Source: the human T2T-CHM13v2.0 reference genome, Homo sapiens
Assembly: GCF_009914755.1 (NCBI RefSeq)
Contig: NC_060940.1
Length of the DNA: 64,000 bases
Direction: 5' to 3' (one strand)
Positions 30,260-47,288 of the stretch are shown here, piece by piece; the first letter of the stretch is position 1; the number at the start of each line of letters is the position of its first letter. The notes under the pieces were generated by a model, which did not search any database, had not been told where the DNA came from, and was given only the letters and a program-made list of their open reading frames with translations. Position numbers and translations under genes: made by a program.

Positions 30260-30745
30260 CATCCTTGGAAAGACCTGCCTGCAAAGGTGGTGGCTGGCAC
30301 CAGGGAGCTGGGATTTGGGGAGGGTTCCTGCCATTCCTTGATAAGAGCGGCTCACACTGCCTACACTGCCTAAATAAGGAGGTTTACGCTGAATACCCGC
30401 TTTCCTGCTGGAAGTCTGGAATTTAGGCACGTGCTGGGCAGAGGCGGGAGACCTGAACAGCCCCTAATACAAGCCTGGACACCGAGACTTTAATGAGCTT
30501 CCCTGGTAGGCAGCATGTTACAAGTGTTGTCACCACTCACTGCTGGAGGAATTAAGCCCATCCCGTGTGACTCTACCGGGAGAGGACTCTTGGAAGCTGG
30601 TGCCGGCTTCCTCCAAACGTCAACTCACACACCCTTCCCTTTGCTGATTCTGCCTTATGTCTTTTCGCTGTAATCACAGCGGTGAGAGAGCAGATTGCGG
30701 AGTCCTGAGTCCACCTGGGGCTGGTCTTGGGAGCCCTGATACGGG
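30260..30745 (+). mobile_element. MER21-family LTR (boundaries approximate)
   Basis: Characteristic gtgtgactctac(c)gggagaggactcttggaagct...ccctttgctgatt and ggtcttggg...cc end. Confidence 0.75.
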
Positions 30746-31568
30746 CTTTGTGACTCAACGCCTATGACCAGGAACCAAGAGTCCTCAGTGGGAAGACACC
30801 CTGTGCTTCACTGACTCATTTCGTGAACTGCTATTGAAACAGATGACATTACATATCCTACATCTCAAGTACTAAGCAAAATAACCATTTGTTACGATGA
30901 TGACTCAAACATATTTCTGTCCAGCTCCATGAGCCCTCTGGTTGATTGTAAATAGAGCAGGAAGAGAATATGGACTGGGGGAAGGTTTTGTGAGCCCCGC
31001 TCGTTGGGTTAGGAGTTGACCTTTCTTTTGGTTTCTCAAAGTGGTGACACCGAGAACAGTCCCCTTTAGGAGCAGGTGTCACCAAGGTCTAACATCCCCA
31101 TTATGTGCAGGGGGTGTTTCCAGTCTCTGTGGTGGAAATGGGAGACTGTATCTGGGCTTCTCAATCAGTTATCGCTTGTACAGCTCACTCTAATCTGCGG
31201 GAGCCGGAGCCAGCAGCACAGCTGACTCGAGACGGGCGCAGGCCAGGCCCCTCCAGGCAGAGGAGGGACAGCAGCACATGGGCTAGTGCCAGAGGGAGAG
31301 GAAGGCAGAGCACAGCGTTTGCTTTCCACCTTTGCTTCCAAGGAAGAAAAGCCATCACACACAGCATGTGCACTCAGAAACCAAGGGGGCTGCCTCGCAA
31401 CAGAAGGCATCTGTAAGAAACAGGTACGAGGACAGCTTCCCAGCTAGAATGTGTGTTTCCTATTTTAATACCAAAGGAACAAAGGAGCCGATCCTATTCC
31501 TAAATTCAAATAGCAAAGATCCACTTCAAAAAGAAGAATTTCTTTTTCTTTTCTTTTTTTTTTTTTGA

Positions 31569-31887
<319 letters not shown>

Positions 31888-33321
31888 TAATTTATAAGTC
31901 ATAAATGGAAGTTAGAGTAAAATACAGTGTAATCCGTTATCATGGAGAAGAGGGATTGAAAAACTGAAAAAAATAGAAAGCAAACATCACTTGCAGTCCT
32001 AACCAGCCAAACGTGGCTTCAGTTGACACTTTGGTATATTTCAGTGCCATTTAAAATCTGCCCCTAGGGAGGTGGTCAGGTCGGGGGAGAGGGGGTCAGC
32101 AGCGGTGGGGTTGGAGGGCTTCTGGGGTAGTGGTAATGCTCTACTTCTTGGTCTGGGTGGTAGTTAAATGGGTGTGTTCTCTGGTGAAAATGCACTGAGC
32201 TGTCCTTTTATGATCAGGTACTCTTCTGTGCATACTGACATACACATCAATAAAAGGTTAAAAAAAGATGCTAGGTGCTTTACTTTTAAGTACTAAAGCT
32301 GTAATCATCACTCATTCATTATATCCTAAGTATAAATCTCGTACATATTTTTACTATATATAAATACCTAGTTGTACCTATAGTACATATATAGTTTCAC
32401 CTAGTAAATGAAAATCTTAAATGTTTTCCATATTTACTGCATTTTAACAGTTGTATTATTTGAGTAAATGTATAATCAGTTAATTTATTTATTATTGACA
32501 ACTACAGTTGCTAATGAATCTTTTTTTTATTTTATTTTATTTTTTGAGACAGAGTCTCACTCTGTCGCCCAGGCTGGAGTGCAGTGGCCGATCTTGGCTC
32601 ACTGCAACCTCCGCTTCCCAGGTTCAAGCAATTCTCCTGCCTCAGCCTCCCAAGTGGCTAGGATTACAGGTGCCCACCACCACCCCAGCTAATTTTTGTA
32701 TTTTTAGTAGAGACGGGGTTTTGCCATGTTGGCCAGGCTGGTCTTGAACTCCTGATCTCAGGTGATCCACCTGCCTTGGCCTCCCAAAGTGCTGGAATTA
32801 CAGGCATGAGCCAACGTGCCTGGCCTTTTTTTTCTGAGACAGAGTCTTGCTGTGACAACCAGGCTGGGGTGCAAGGACACCATCACAGCTCAATGCAGCC
32901 TCAAATTCCCGGCCTCAAGCCCACCTTAGCTTCCCGAGTAGCTGGGACTACAGGTGCATACCACCATACCTGGCTAATTTTTACAATTTTTTGCCAAAAC
33001 AGGATTTCGCTATGTTGCCCAGGCTGGTCTAGAACTCCAGGCCTCAAGTAATCTTCCTGCCTTGGCCTCCCAAAGTGCTGGGATTACAGGCGGGAGTCAC
33101 CGAGCCCGGTCCTTTTCTGTGTGCTTTGATTTTCTCTCCCTTCCTCTCAAATCTGTCCATCTTTTCGTTGTGGTTCTATTTATTATTTGTAAGCCTGGAA
33201 AGTTATCTCAGTTTTAGAGGCTTGAAAACTATTGAATTTTACTTTTTCTAGATTTTATATAGTTTAATTTTTATTTCCGACTCTTCAATTTATTTAGAAT
33301 TTATTCTGCTGTTTATAGTAA

Positions 33322-33543
<222 letters not shown>

Positions 33544-33987
33544 TAGTAGAGACGGGGTTTCACCGTGTTAGCCAGGATGGTCTCCATCTCCTGACCTCGT
33601 GATCCGCCCGCCTCGGCCTCCCAAAATGCTGGGATTACAGGCGTGAGCCACCGTGCCTGGCTGATTTCAAGTCGGTTATTTTAAAATATTTTACAAAATA
33701 ACTTTTTTCTTTGATTTGCGAGATTTCCTTTGTTGCATGCGAAAGTCTTACATAAAATTACATGACTGTAATGTCTTATTAAAATAATAAAACTAATTTT
33801 ATTTTCCCCATTAGACATTATAACTATGATACAGTTCAACGAGGAGATATTTTCCACTTTCTATTCTAAGAATGCACGTATTGTTCCTTTTATTCAAGAT
33901 CCCATTGTTTTCAGGAAGCTTCGAAATGGGCAGGGTAATACAGTCACTCTCGTTTATTCAGACAGAAGTGCAATATTAAAAGCTTAC

Positions 33988-34029
33988 CTGAAATTCTGTA
34001 CTGCGTCAAGGGGCGAAGTTAATACAGAA
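33988..34029 (-). CDS. ADCY9: ADCY9 coding exon 10, 42-nt exon (SVLTSPLDAVQNF; extracellular loop)
   Basis: Acceptor aatttcag|T, donor AG|gtaagc, phase 2/2; too short for the ORF track but required to reach 1353 aa. Confidence 0.92.
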
Positions 34030-35250
34030 CTGAAATTAAAATGCAGAAAAATATTATCATAAAGAGCAAAGAAGGCATTCCACAAGGCAACCTGAGAAGA
34101 GCTTGAACAAACTATGTTCCTTTTTTAGACGTGGTTGTACATCCACATAAAGCCACCTGCTCCCACCTCTTTCTTCACATCTGTGTCTCCCAATGCTGGG
34201 GGCAGTTCCCTTGGTAAAGCTGAGTTTACGTCTTTGTTTACCATCCCGCATCCTCTCTATCCTGCTGAGGCTTAGCAACCGTGATGGGATTAGGGGCTCT
34301 GAGGCCTCAAGTGGATGGAGGAGTTCTGGGCCGAGTGGAACTTCAACCATCATCCCTACCCCAGATCTGCTATTTGAACTCTGGGCACAAAGGCGGCAGA
34401 GGGGTCCCCCATCACTGTGGCTCTCCAGCTCCAGGTAGAAAAGCCCCGCAGCCATGACTAAAGGCCACGGTGAATGCCCGATGAGGGACCTGTGATGGAT
34501 TTAAAAGGTAAAAAGCAGTTTGCTGGATTTCATACTCTCGAGAAAGAGCTCATCGTGACCATCGTTCTAGATGGCCATACCTTCAGAAAAATCCAAGTCT
34601 GCTTTATTTTGCTTAATCTATTCATTAAAGTTTCCTTTCAAGTACTGAATGACAGTCCTATTTTAAATTCCCTTTTTGATCTTAATTTGCAGGGAATTTA
34701 AATGTCTTTTGTATTGTGATTCTTTTCTTAAGTAAACTGAGGACGGATGCTCACACTGCCCATGGCTGGACTGTTGCTTTGCTAATAACCAAAGACACCC
34801 CGTGCCTACTCCGTCTGATACTGACAATACTGCGGCAAATAGAATCATTTTGTGCTTTTGAATGAATTCAAGCAGAGGTCCTTGGCAACAGCAATGCCAC
34901 TCCAACGGGGCATTTCGGAAATGCCAGGGGTCCCTCTGGTTCTCTTAATAACTCAGGGAGCCAGAATGTTAGATCTCCTGCAAGGACAAGGAAGAAATGT
35001 CCCATGTGACTTTAAAACATTCTGCGCACCTAAACCCTCTGTAATTGTAAACAGGCGGTTCTTCAATACACACTAATAGTGAAACATTTTTATAAGCAGT
35101 TATAGGAAAAGCCCAATATTTGGGAGAAATTTATTACATGAATGGAAGCTTAATGGGTTTAAGATATCACGAAATATTTGAATAAATTGTTCACTGCTTA
35201 CATTCTGTTATACAAGGTATTACTGTATTTCCAACAACACATTTAGTTGA

Positions 35251-35490
<240 letters not shown>

Positions 35491-35921
35491 TAGTAGAGAC
35501 AGGGTTTCACCGTGTTGCCCAGGCTGTCTTGAACTCCTGAGCTCAGACAATCCACCCGCTTCAGCCTCCCAAAAGTGGTAGGATTACAGGCGTGAGCACC
35601 AAGACCGGCTGGGACTTATTTTTAACAAATCAAGAATTATTCAGTTAGTGCAACACATGAAAGATAGGGATCTTACTGGATGTCGCTAATGGCAAATATT
35701 TTAAATATAGCACCTATCACTGCCATCCTGTAAGTTTTTACATTTTTTGTAGTACAATGATGAGAACTGGGCTTGTCCCCAGAGGTCTACCGGCCTCCCT
35801 GACTCCTGTTTCTGTGTCTGCGCCATCCCATTCCTCAGCACCTACCAGTGATACGGTTCTGAAGGCCAGCGTCCTCCTCAGTATGCAGAGGATTTCAAAA
35901 TAAAAGACCTATGTTCAGTGA

Positions 35922-36289
<368 letters not shown>

Positions 36290-36800
36290 TGAAATAAGCC
36301 CCAGGTGACTTGCAAGATCATCCTACGTCTTCACCTCCTCCTTCCAGGCTGTGACCTGTCCCGGTTCATGAACCCTACCCCACTCAAGGAAAGTCAGCAC
36401 CAGCTTCCTCTCCACCTTCACATCCATCTGCAGCTCCGCTCTTTCATGGCCTTGACCATCTTCTATGAAATCCTTCAGGTCCTACTTTCTTAGATTCCAG
36501 CCCATTCATCAGAAGTCACCTCGGTATAATGCAATGGCAGCATTATGTTTTCCAGGATGTCTACATTCAACTACCCAGAGTGCTGTTCTAAATGATATTC
36601 TTTTTCTTTCTTTTGCATATTACTCTGAGGGCATCTCATTAGCTCTTTGGTATGATGTGTGCTGACAGCTATTTTGGGTCATGATGGGAAATATCTCTAT
36701 CGGGGCGTGAGAAGCAATGTGCAAATGCAGCCAGGCCCTATGCAACCTCGGGCAAGGTGGCCACGCACCCTGGTGCCCGCAAGCAGTGCTGGCCGCGTAC

Positions 36801-36949
36801 CTGTCTGGGCACAGGGAGACGTAGAGCAGGAGCAGCGGCCCGGCCCCCACGACGGTGGCGAGGGAGGACCTCATCCAGGAGCTGAGCTGGCAGAAGTTAC
36901 AGTAGTGCACGACGGCAATCAGCGCGGCCGAGCCTGTGAACACTGGGAA
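36801..36949 (-). CDS. ADCY9: ADCY9 coding exon 9 (FPVFTGSAALIAVVHYCNFCQLSSWMR...LCPD)
   Basis: Acceptor cttgcag|TTC, donor AG|gtacgc, 149 nt. Confidence 0.96.
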
Positions 36950-37057
36950 CTGCAAGAGGCGAAGGGTTAGGACAGCCGCCCAGGGCCACCCCGCCACCCC
37001 TGCTATACCCGGCCGCCAAAACATTCGCCACTAATCCATGTTTCCTTTTTTTTTTGA

Positions 37058-37163
<106 letters not shown>

Positions 37164-38060
37164 TAGCTGGGATGACAGGCTCCCGGCACCACACCTCGCT
37201 AATTTTTGTATTTTTAGTAAAGACTGGGTTTCACCATGTTGGCCAGGCTGGTCTCGAACTCCTGACCTCAGGTGATCCACCTGCCTCGGCCTCTCAAAGT
37301 GCCTGGGATTACAGGTATGAGCCACCGCTCCCGGCCTAATCCATGTTTCTGTGTAATCTAAAAATATCACCGATACCAGCTAATTGCTCACTATCTGCAG
37401 TCAGTCTTACTTTTGCTAGTGGGCAGTGTCAAGGACAGATCAAGCCTCTAGGTTCCCTACCCAGCGTGAGGCTCCCTGTTCACATGGCATCACACTCTTC
37501 TGCAGGTGTGGGAAATGGCACGTGTCTTCGTGGAAAGGAAAGGGAGGCCTCCCTGTTTGAGAAACGCTGTGTGATCAGTTTCCTTCAAAACACTTTTCCT
37601 TGGGGCCCAGTGAGATGTGATTTGGGGCTAAAGTGTCAAACACCATCAGCCCGCCCGGAAGCTCATGCTCACTTGCACCAGAAGGATCATCTCCCACGGC
37701 CGTGCTGGTTCCCTCTCCACGGAGTTTAGCACAGGTCCCTTCCTGATCAGCAGCAGCCGACCCGGGCACAAGTCAATTCTGTGTGCCAGGTATGCTTCTC
37801 GCATGGTTAGGAAAGGTGGGACAGACGCTTCTTTGTAAAATGTGAAGGAAAATAACTGATTTGGAACTTGATGAAGAAGAAGCCACACTGGCAGGGACTC
37901 GTGCCCACCGGGGACTCCCCAGCCCGGCCACTGCCCGGGCGTGAGCATCTGGGCAGGCCAATGCTAAGTCGGCTTCTAAAAAAGCTGGCTCAGGAGAGTA
38001 AAAGAGTTCGTGCCTCTTCAAGGGTTTATTTTATTTTATTTATTTTATTTTATTTTGTGA

Positions 38061-38270
<210 letters not shown>

Positions 38271-38434
38271 TGATCTGCCCACCTCCACCTCCCACAGTGC
38301 TGGGATTACAGGCGTGAGCCACCATGCCTGGCCAAAGGGTTTATTTTTAAATTGCTATCCCAAGTGATTTAAAGAAAAGAGAGATTAGGGAGTCCAGGAG
38401 AGCGTGGAAATAAAACGGCTGAGCCTTTACTTAC

Positions 38435-38594
38435 GTGTATGTTGGTCTCATATTCGGAGGTGACATGGGAGTAGACGGCCAGTGCGGGAAGCGACACCAG
38501 GATGGCCCCGATGCAGTGACGTGGTAGCCAGCCGGCGATCCACTCCAGCAGGCGCTTGGTGCAGGCCATGACGTCCTCCAGGAAGAACACCATC
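38435..38594 (-). CDS. ADCY9: ADCY9 coding exon 8 (MVFFLEDVMAC...YETNIH)
   Basis: Acceptor ctcgcag|G, donor CAC|gtaagt, 160 nt. Confidence 0.96.
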
Positions 38595-40754
38595 CTGCGA
38601 GAGGCATGGGGGTTAGCAGGAGCGACGGGGCCCGGGGTGGGTCATCGGCCAGGAGACAGGTGCGAGGCCGCAGCCAGCGCCGCCCTCTGCTCTCTCCCGT
38701 GTTGCCCCTGGGATGGGCGTGAGAGCAGGCGTGGGGTGGGAGTCTACCTCCCTCACTTTTGGTAGAAGGCAAGGAAGCCAGGCTTAGCTCATTGTACCTG
38801 ATTCTAGGGTCACATGTTGCGTTGTGATAAAATATGCTTGTGAAAAGCACATGCTTCGCTCGCCTAACAGAACACGTGAGAGTATCACAGGCCCCGAGGA
38901 GAGTCTCCTGGGGGCCACCACGTTGCCGTCACCGGCTCCCATCAGCTTCTGAGGCAGGAGGTCTTGACGGGGGCAGCTTTGGAGGCGTCCTGGAATTCTG
39001 TGGAGCCCGTGCAGTTGTCGCAGCAGAAGAGGCGGTCCTGGCATCTGGTGGGCAGGCGCCAGGGACAGAGCTGTCCTGCATGTGGGCAGGTGCCACCCAG
39101 GGAGGTTCTGCCCTGCACCCCACACAGCAGCCAAGCCCCTGGGCACCTGCAAAGGCAGAAGGCTGCTGACAGCATCTTAGCCCAGAGGCTGTGTCCCAGC
39201 TACAAACAGGGTGCTCTGTGGTGGTGCTGACACACCCTGGATTTTCTTGGAGCGCAGCTCCTGTGGAAACTGAGTGACAGTGGTCTCTGCTCTGTTTGGG
39301 GCATCATCATCAGTGTTTCAGAAAATCACACCACAGGCTGAACCTGGCTCGTGGCGCTTAGACCACCAAACCCGCACACGCGTGCCGTCTGCATCTGGGC
39401 TGTCATGTTCATCGTGCATGTTCACCTGTAGCTGGCGGCTTCAGGACTCTCCAGACAGCGGGGCTCTGTTGTACGTGAGGTCCAGCACCACGTATTTCAT
39501 TTTAAAAGACTTTGTCCTTCTAAGCAGAGCGACTGTATTCACTGACTCCTTTTGCAGGCGTGTGTCTAGCGGGCTTCGTTTCAGGAGTGTGATGTTGACA
39601 CAATAAAAGTTTCTGTATAAAGAAGCAGCTGAGTGTGCGGGGCAAGAACCACTGTGAGGAGGAGGAACAGGTCTTGGCTGAGTCCAAGGACCCCTGGGCC
39701 ATGGTGGGGCCACATGGGGAGGTGAAGAGAAGGTGTGGGGTCCTCGTGGGGAGACAGTCCTTCTCTCAAGCTTGCTGCCAGGGAGCTGGGGATAGGCCTG
39801 CTGTCCCTGCCTCAGGAGAGGCTGGGCGGGGGCCGCTGTTGTGACTGAACAGCAAAAAAGCCTCTGGCACAGAGCCCCCCGCCCCCAGCCTTCGGGCCTG
39901 AACACCTACCATGCCTCTCCCTCTTGGCTGCGTGGTGTGGCCAGGCGAGGGAACGCTCACTCTCCAGCCATTCCCCATATGGACGCAGGCACAGCCTCAC
40001 CCTTTTAGGGTCCTGGACAGCCCTGGCTTCCTGATATTTAAAGGATAATGAAGACTTTGGAATACTTCCAAGAATAACCACAAATATGCAGAATACAGAG
40101 GCCCTAGGAGGGGGGACAGAGGGAACCAAGTTCCCAGTCAGCAGCGGGAAAGATGTGAGGTTGGAGGGGGCCTTCATGCTGGTCCCTGAGACTGCAGGGA
40201 TCTGAAAATGAGACCTCACGCCTGCTGGGGCAGAGCAGAGAGGGTGATGCAGGAAGCCTCCTGGAGGCAACGGGCGGGGCCTGGGCCAGTCACTGAGGAG
40301 GCGCCTGGCTTTCCTCCTGTACAGGAAAGGGATGGGGTGCCCGTATACCCCACAGCGCAGGTTCCCGTCAACCTGGGGTCCTCAACACGGCCCTCAGAGG
40401 GGCCAGGGAAGCCTTTCAGGGTCTGGGCCTCTCCCAGGCTTGACGATTCCTGGTAAATGGAACCAAATCCCACCACAGGCCTGTTCAGGGGTGCAGCAGC
40501 CACCACCTTCACCAGATCCTTGGGGAGTATGTCTGTGCAGGCAGTTCCAGCGCACCTCACCCCAGCCCTCGGCAGTCTACACCGGGGTTGCCCTCAATGC
40601 TTTAGAATTGGGTCTGAAGGAGCAGGGAATAATAGCTAAAGGGTGAAAGTAAAAAGGAATGGAGACAATGCTGGCCTCAGAGCCCTCAAGACGCTACAGC
40701 TACCCACATTAGAGGAAAACCTGGGGGTGGACCAGGGAAGGCAGACCTGGGGGA

Positions 40755-41305
<551 letters not shown>

Positions 41306-42552
41306 TGAAAGGGTTTGCAGGCGACGGCTCCTTTGGGAGGGGTCCCCAGAAGCACAGGAGGGCACTGAGGCAGGAGGGGAGGCTGTGCCAGGAAGAGGGC
41401 TGCTCGCTGGGGGTGATGGGGCATGAGCCCACAGGGAGTTCTGGGAAACACTGAGCACACGCCACAGACAGCATGGCCCATGGCGGCCTCGGAGGAAGCT
41501 GAAAGGGTCCTGGGTACAGTGCAGGTGGGAAGGAGGGGGCAGGAATCCCAGCCTGCCCACCCCAGATGGGAGAAGCCAGCATTCCGGCGCCTCACGCCAG
41601 ACTCAAAGCCATTCATTTCTGCCCTGGGATGTTGGATAAGGGCAGCAGACGCTCAAGGTCAGGGCTGCCTCCCCATGTCTGTTTGAAGCCCAGCTCCGGG
41701 GCACCGTTGCTAGTGGGACTCTGCTAGGCCGGCAGCCATCCTGTTGAGGGTGACAGGACCACCCAAGGGGCTTGTGGTGCCCAGGACGGGGACCACACAG
41801 GGCCACCTGCCTGCTCAGGAATACAGAGCCGCTGCGAGCCCCCTCAGGGAGCCAGGCTGGTCCCGAGGGCCCAGCTTTCCCAAGACGCACCTGTGGTCTA
41901 CTCGGAGCCTCTGTCCCCTTTAAAATGAGCTGTCTTTTTATTATCAGGCTATGTGTGCTCTTTATCCATTCTAGATGTTAGACCTTGTCCGAGGCCTGAT
42001 CTGCAAGTGTTCCCTCCCGTTCTGTGGGTTCTTTCGCTTTCTTGATGGTGTTCTTTGTAGCGCAACAGCTTAACTTCTGAGGAAGTTGGGCTTGTCTATT
42101 CTTTCTTCTGTTGGCGTCACATCCAAGAGACCACTGCCTGAGGCAAGTGCGTGGAGATGCTGTTTGGCTCCGGTACTCTGAAGAGGCGCCTGCTGTCCCA
42201 GGCCCACTACCCCCGCTCATGTCTTTTCCTTTCCTTCCTCCAGATTGTTTCCTATCTTCTCACCTTCTCCTTTGCAGTCTCTGAACCTGGAAATCTGGGG
42301 ACAAGCTGGCAGCGGTTGGGGCTGTGGAGGCCCCGCCCCCTCCAGCGAGGTGGTCCCCCCGCATCTGGGCCAACGTCAGGGAGGGAGGATGCTGGGGCAC
42401 AGGGCTCGGGGAGGACACGGGGACCCATCTCCAGAAATCAGCCAGCAGGGACAGCTGGCTGGGGACCAGTCCAACCGCTCAGCCATAAGCCATGGAGCCA
42501 GAAGAGGGAGCTAACGGCTCAGAGCTGGAGACCCAGTCCACGCGGCGCTTAC

Positions 42553-42761
42553 CTGATGGACACCGCGAGGGACAGCACCTCCAGCAGCAGGGCTGCACTG
42601 AAGACCGCCAGGGCGGCGGGCGGGGGAGGCACGGTGGCCGCCTCGTACTTCAGGAAGCAGGTGGTGGACAGCGTCAGAAACACTGTGGTCGACAGAAACA
42701 CATCCAGGAGGGAGCTGAAGGTGGGACTAGCAAACGTCTTCACGGGGGAGTTCTTTATGAC
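42553..42761 (-). CDS. ADCY9: ADCY9 coding exon 7 (VIKNSPVKTFAS...VLSLAVSIR; start of M2 transmembrane bundle)
   Basis: Acceptor cacacag|GTC, donor AG|gtaagc, 209 nt; two hydrophobic helices. Confidence 0.96.
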
Positions 42762-44331
42762 CTGTGTGGAGCAGGAGTGGAGCAGAATGACTGGGAGGCC
42801 ATGGGCGGCCAGGAGCGCAGTTCAGATGGAGAAACAGGCAACACGTGCGGAGCACTGCTGCTCTGGGCCAGGCACAGGGCAGGAAGGCTCTCGGAGGGCT
42901 GTCTCCCTCTACTACCCCATTTAACACTGGGGAGTCCAAGGCACAGAGAAGTTAAACTTGCCCAGGGGGCTGGGCACGGTGGCTCACGCCTGTAATCCCG
43001 ACACTTTGGGAGGCTGACGTAGGAGGGTCGCTGGAGCCCAGGAGTTCCCGGCCAGCGTAACACAGTGAGAATCCATCTCTACAAAAAACTTTAAAATTAG
43101 CCAGGCATGGCAGTGCGTGAGTGTGGTCCCAGCTACTCAGGAGGATGACGCAGGAGGATTGTGTGAGCCCAGGAGTTTCAGGCCGCAGTGAGCTATAATC
43201 ATGCCACTGCACTCCAGCCTGGGCAACATAGCGAGACCCCGTCTACCAAAAAATAAAATAATTAGCTGGGCATAGTGGTTTGTGCCTGTAGTCCCAGGTA
43301 CTTGGGGTCTGAGGTGGGAGGATTGCTTGAGCCCAGGAGTTTGAAGCCGCAGTGAACTATGATCACACCACTGCAGAATTATACCGTTTCCGAAAACAAA
43401 AAAACACAAAAAAAAACCCTGCCAGGGTCACAGAGCAACTGATTATGACCCAGCACATTCTCATAGACACATTATATATTTAGCTGCAAGATGAGTTACT
43501 GACTGGCGCAGGTGAGGTCCCTGCATCTGTAAGGCAGTTGGACGAGAGCAATGTGCAGGGCGGTCCTGCTGCATGGCGGAGTCCTAGGTTCAGCAGGTGC
43601 GAAAGCGGGGCTTCGTGGCGGAAGTGGCCGACGGGGATTTAAGTGGCACATCATCGCCTGGGAACCTACGGGGCCTGGCTCTGTGCTGGGGGCCAGTACA
43701 CTAGAGAGGCACACACTAGTGTTCGGCAATTGAGGGGGAGAAATAACGATGCTGACACGTCCAAGAGGTGACCAGGCCCAGGCCCTGCAAGGCTCTGGGG
43801 AGGTGCGATCTCCATTGACGCTCACGGCACCCCACAGGCAGGAACTACCACCCATCTCGGTGTACAGATTGGGAGGCCAAGGCCAGGGGCTACCCCTAGG
43901 GCACACAGCGAACAAGGAGCCAGGCCAGGACTTGGCATGGACCGGTTGACTCCTGAGTGTGTCCCTAACCTAGAGGAAGGTGTAGGATCCAAAGGCAGAG
44001 GCTGTGGTTGGGAGAGGAAGGGATGTAGCCAGTTCAGCTGCTTTCCATTTGGCCTTGCAACCTTCTGGCAACCCCTGAGAGGCCATGGGTGTCCACTCAG
44101 CATCCCGGCCAGGCTCGGGGCTGAGGGCAGGAGCTGGAGACGCACGGAGCGGAAAGGTCTCCTGGCAGCCCTGGGTGCGGTGTGCGTTCTTTGGGACAAA
44201 CCAGCTCCGGGTGCCTCGACCACTCCCAGGAACTAGGTGGGAGGGCAGGAGGGGCACTTGGACGGTGGGAGCAAGGCTGCCAGTCAGCCCTGATGCCAGG
44301 CTGGACCCTGCCAGGGCAACCTGGGGGTTAG

Positions 44332-44885
<554 letters not shown>

Positions 44886-45831
44886 TGATGTCCCTGAGAC
44901 ATCACTGCCTTGCCCACATGTGAGGCCGGAAGGTTTCCACGTGGGCTGCCGTCCTTCTGAGAGCCCACACCTCCCACCTTCCAAGCCAAGGGCTCGGGTA
45001 CAGGGCCTTTCCTGATTGGGGCTGCCATCTCCTCTGTAGAACTGCCCCATCCATGGACGCTGCCAGAGGCCCCGCTCCTCCCTCCACCTCCCTTGCAGTC
45101 TCTCCTGCCTGCCCTGCTACTTGCCAGAGACACCTGTCCCTGCCACAGCCTCCCCCTCTGGGCCACCCCTGGCCCTGATGCCAGAGGCTCCCAGGCCCAT
45201 CTGCCCCACCCCTGTGCATCCCGGGAGTGCCACCTGTCCCAGTCCCACTGAGAACGACGCTCCCCCACATCATGACACTCTTTCGCCCTCTCTCCCCATG
45301 GGCTCCAAACCCAGGGACAGTGCCACTGGCTGCCAGGGCACCGTGGGCCAGGCTCCGCCCTGCTCACTACCCACATCCCAGGGCCTCCGGGTGCGGCCGT
45401 CCCACCATCATCAGAGCACAGGCTCTGCAGCCGGGCTGTCTGGGCTCAAGGCCACTCCACCATGATTAGCTATGATACCCACGCGTCCATGCCTCAGTCT
45501 CTTTATCCAAAACCAGGGATAAACCAGTACTTGCACCTTGTGGGCGGTGGGATGCTCGGCTAAGAACGCACCCACGTGGAGCCCCCAGCACAATGAGTCC
45601 CCAAACGCGGGCCAGCTGGGAGGCTCCCTTGTCCTGGCATCTCTCCTTTCCTCCCCACCGGGACCCTGTGGCCACCTGCCCTGAGTTTCGGTAACAGCCT
45701 CCCACCTGTCATGTGGCCTCCTGTCTTGTCCACACTCTTATCACCCTCCGAAACTCAGCTGATACATGTTTGTTTTTTTTCTTTTTTTGAGACGGAGTTT
45801 CACTCTTCTTGCCCAGGCCGGAGTGCAATAG

Positions 45832-46176
<345 letters not shown>

Positions 46177-47288
46177 TGAGTAATTGGGATTACAGGTGTG
46201 AGCTGTGTGATCTTTGTAACACAACCTGTTCCAGATCCTTCAACAGCTCCCCATGGCCTGTGGCATAAAGTCCATGGCATGGGAGCCGTGACCTGGCCCC
46301 TGCCACGTCCTGCCACTCCTGCCCCACCCTGCCCCGGATGCGCCTGCAACTCCCTGGAAGAACCAGGCTCTTTGGTATCTCTAACGTTTGTGGGTGCTGG
46401 CCCCACTCTCCAGAATGTTCCCTCATCCCACATTCCATTAATTCCTAGTCCCCCCACTGAGGCAGGCTCAGGAGTTCCCCCCTTGGAGCCCCCAGCCTGG
46501 GCTTGGTGCCTCGCCGTGTGCTGGGAGGGCACTCGCAGACCTCCAGCTCCGGATGTTGTTTCTAATTCCTGCTCCCCATCAGGCCACGTCTTTCCCCCTT
46601 CCCCAGCACCAAGAACAGTCCCTCGCAGAGCAGAGGCTGAGCGTACATTTGGTGCCTGGAGGAAGGCATGGCAAAGGTGTCTGCTGTTTGGGAGGCTCAG
46701 CAGTGCAGGGCGAGGAGCGGCCCGGACGCCTGGTTTGGCAGCCAGACCACTCGTGTCCGACCCCGGCTATGGGACCACAGCCACCTGTTCAGCCTTGCTC
46801 AGCGTCAGCTCTTTGGTAAAAGGAGGATAATCATCAGCTTCCCTACAGCATTGCTATGAGCATTAAATGAGACGATATTTTGCCTTACGGGCCACCAACC
46901 AGCCAACTGCCAACTTGCAAGTCCACTCCGGGAGCCATGTCTGGGACATTAACGGATATTCACTGTCCCTTGGAGGCTGACGGAAGGGGGCACCTCCCAC
47001 CCCACGAGGCATGAACTGGCTCTACTGGGCTCACCAGGGTCTCTCTAGAGCCCAAGCCAGGACACCACGGAGTTTAATGAAGACCTGCTGGAGGAACCAA
47101 GGGAATCAGAGTGAGAAATCCCTTTTGTTCCGGGTGGGGAGGGCATCCACTCTTGACTTGGGAACACTCAGAGGTTAGGTTTGGGCCCAGAGGAGAGAAT
47201 GCAGTCTGGAAGCCGCCAGGATTCAAACCAGGCTCTAGGTTCTTGTATTATTCCTTCCAGCAACCCCCTAAGGAGCACTTGTGAGCGC

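Noticed and set aside
42151-42924. 257-aa plus-strand ORF
   Set aside because: Antisense to exon 7 in GC-rich DNA with no recognisable domain
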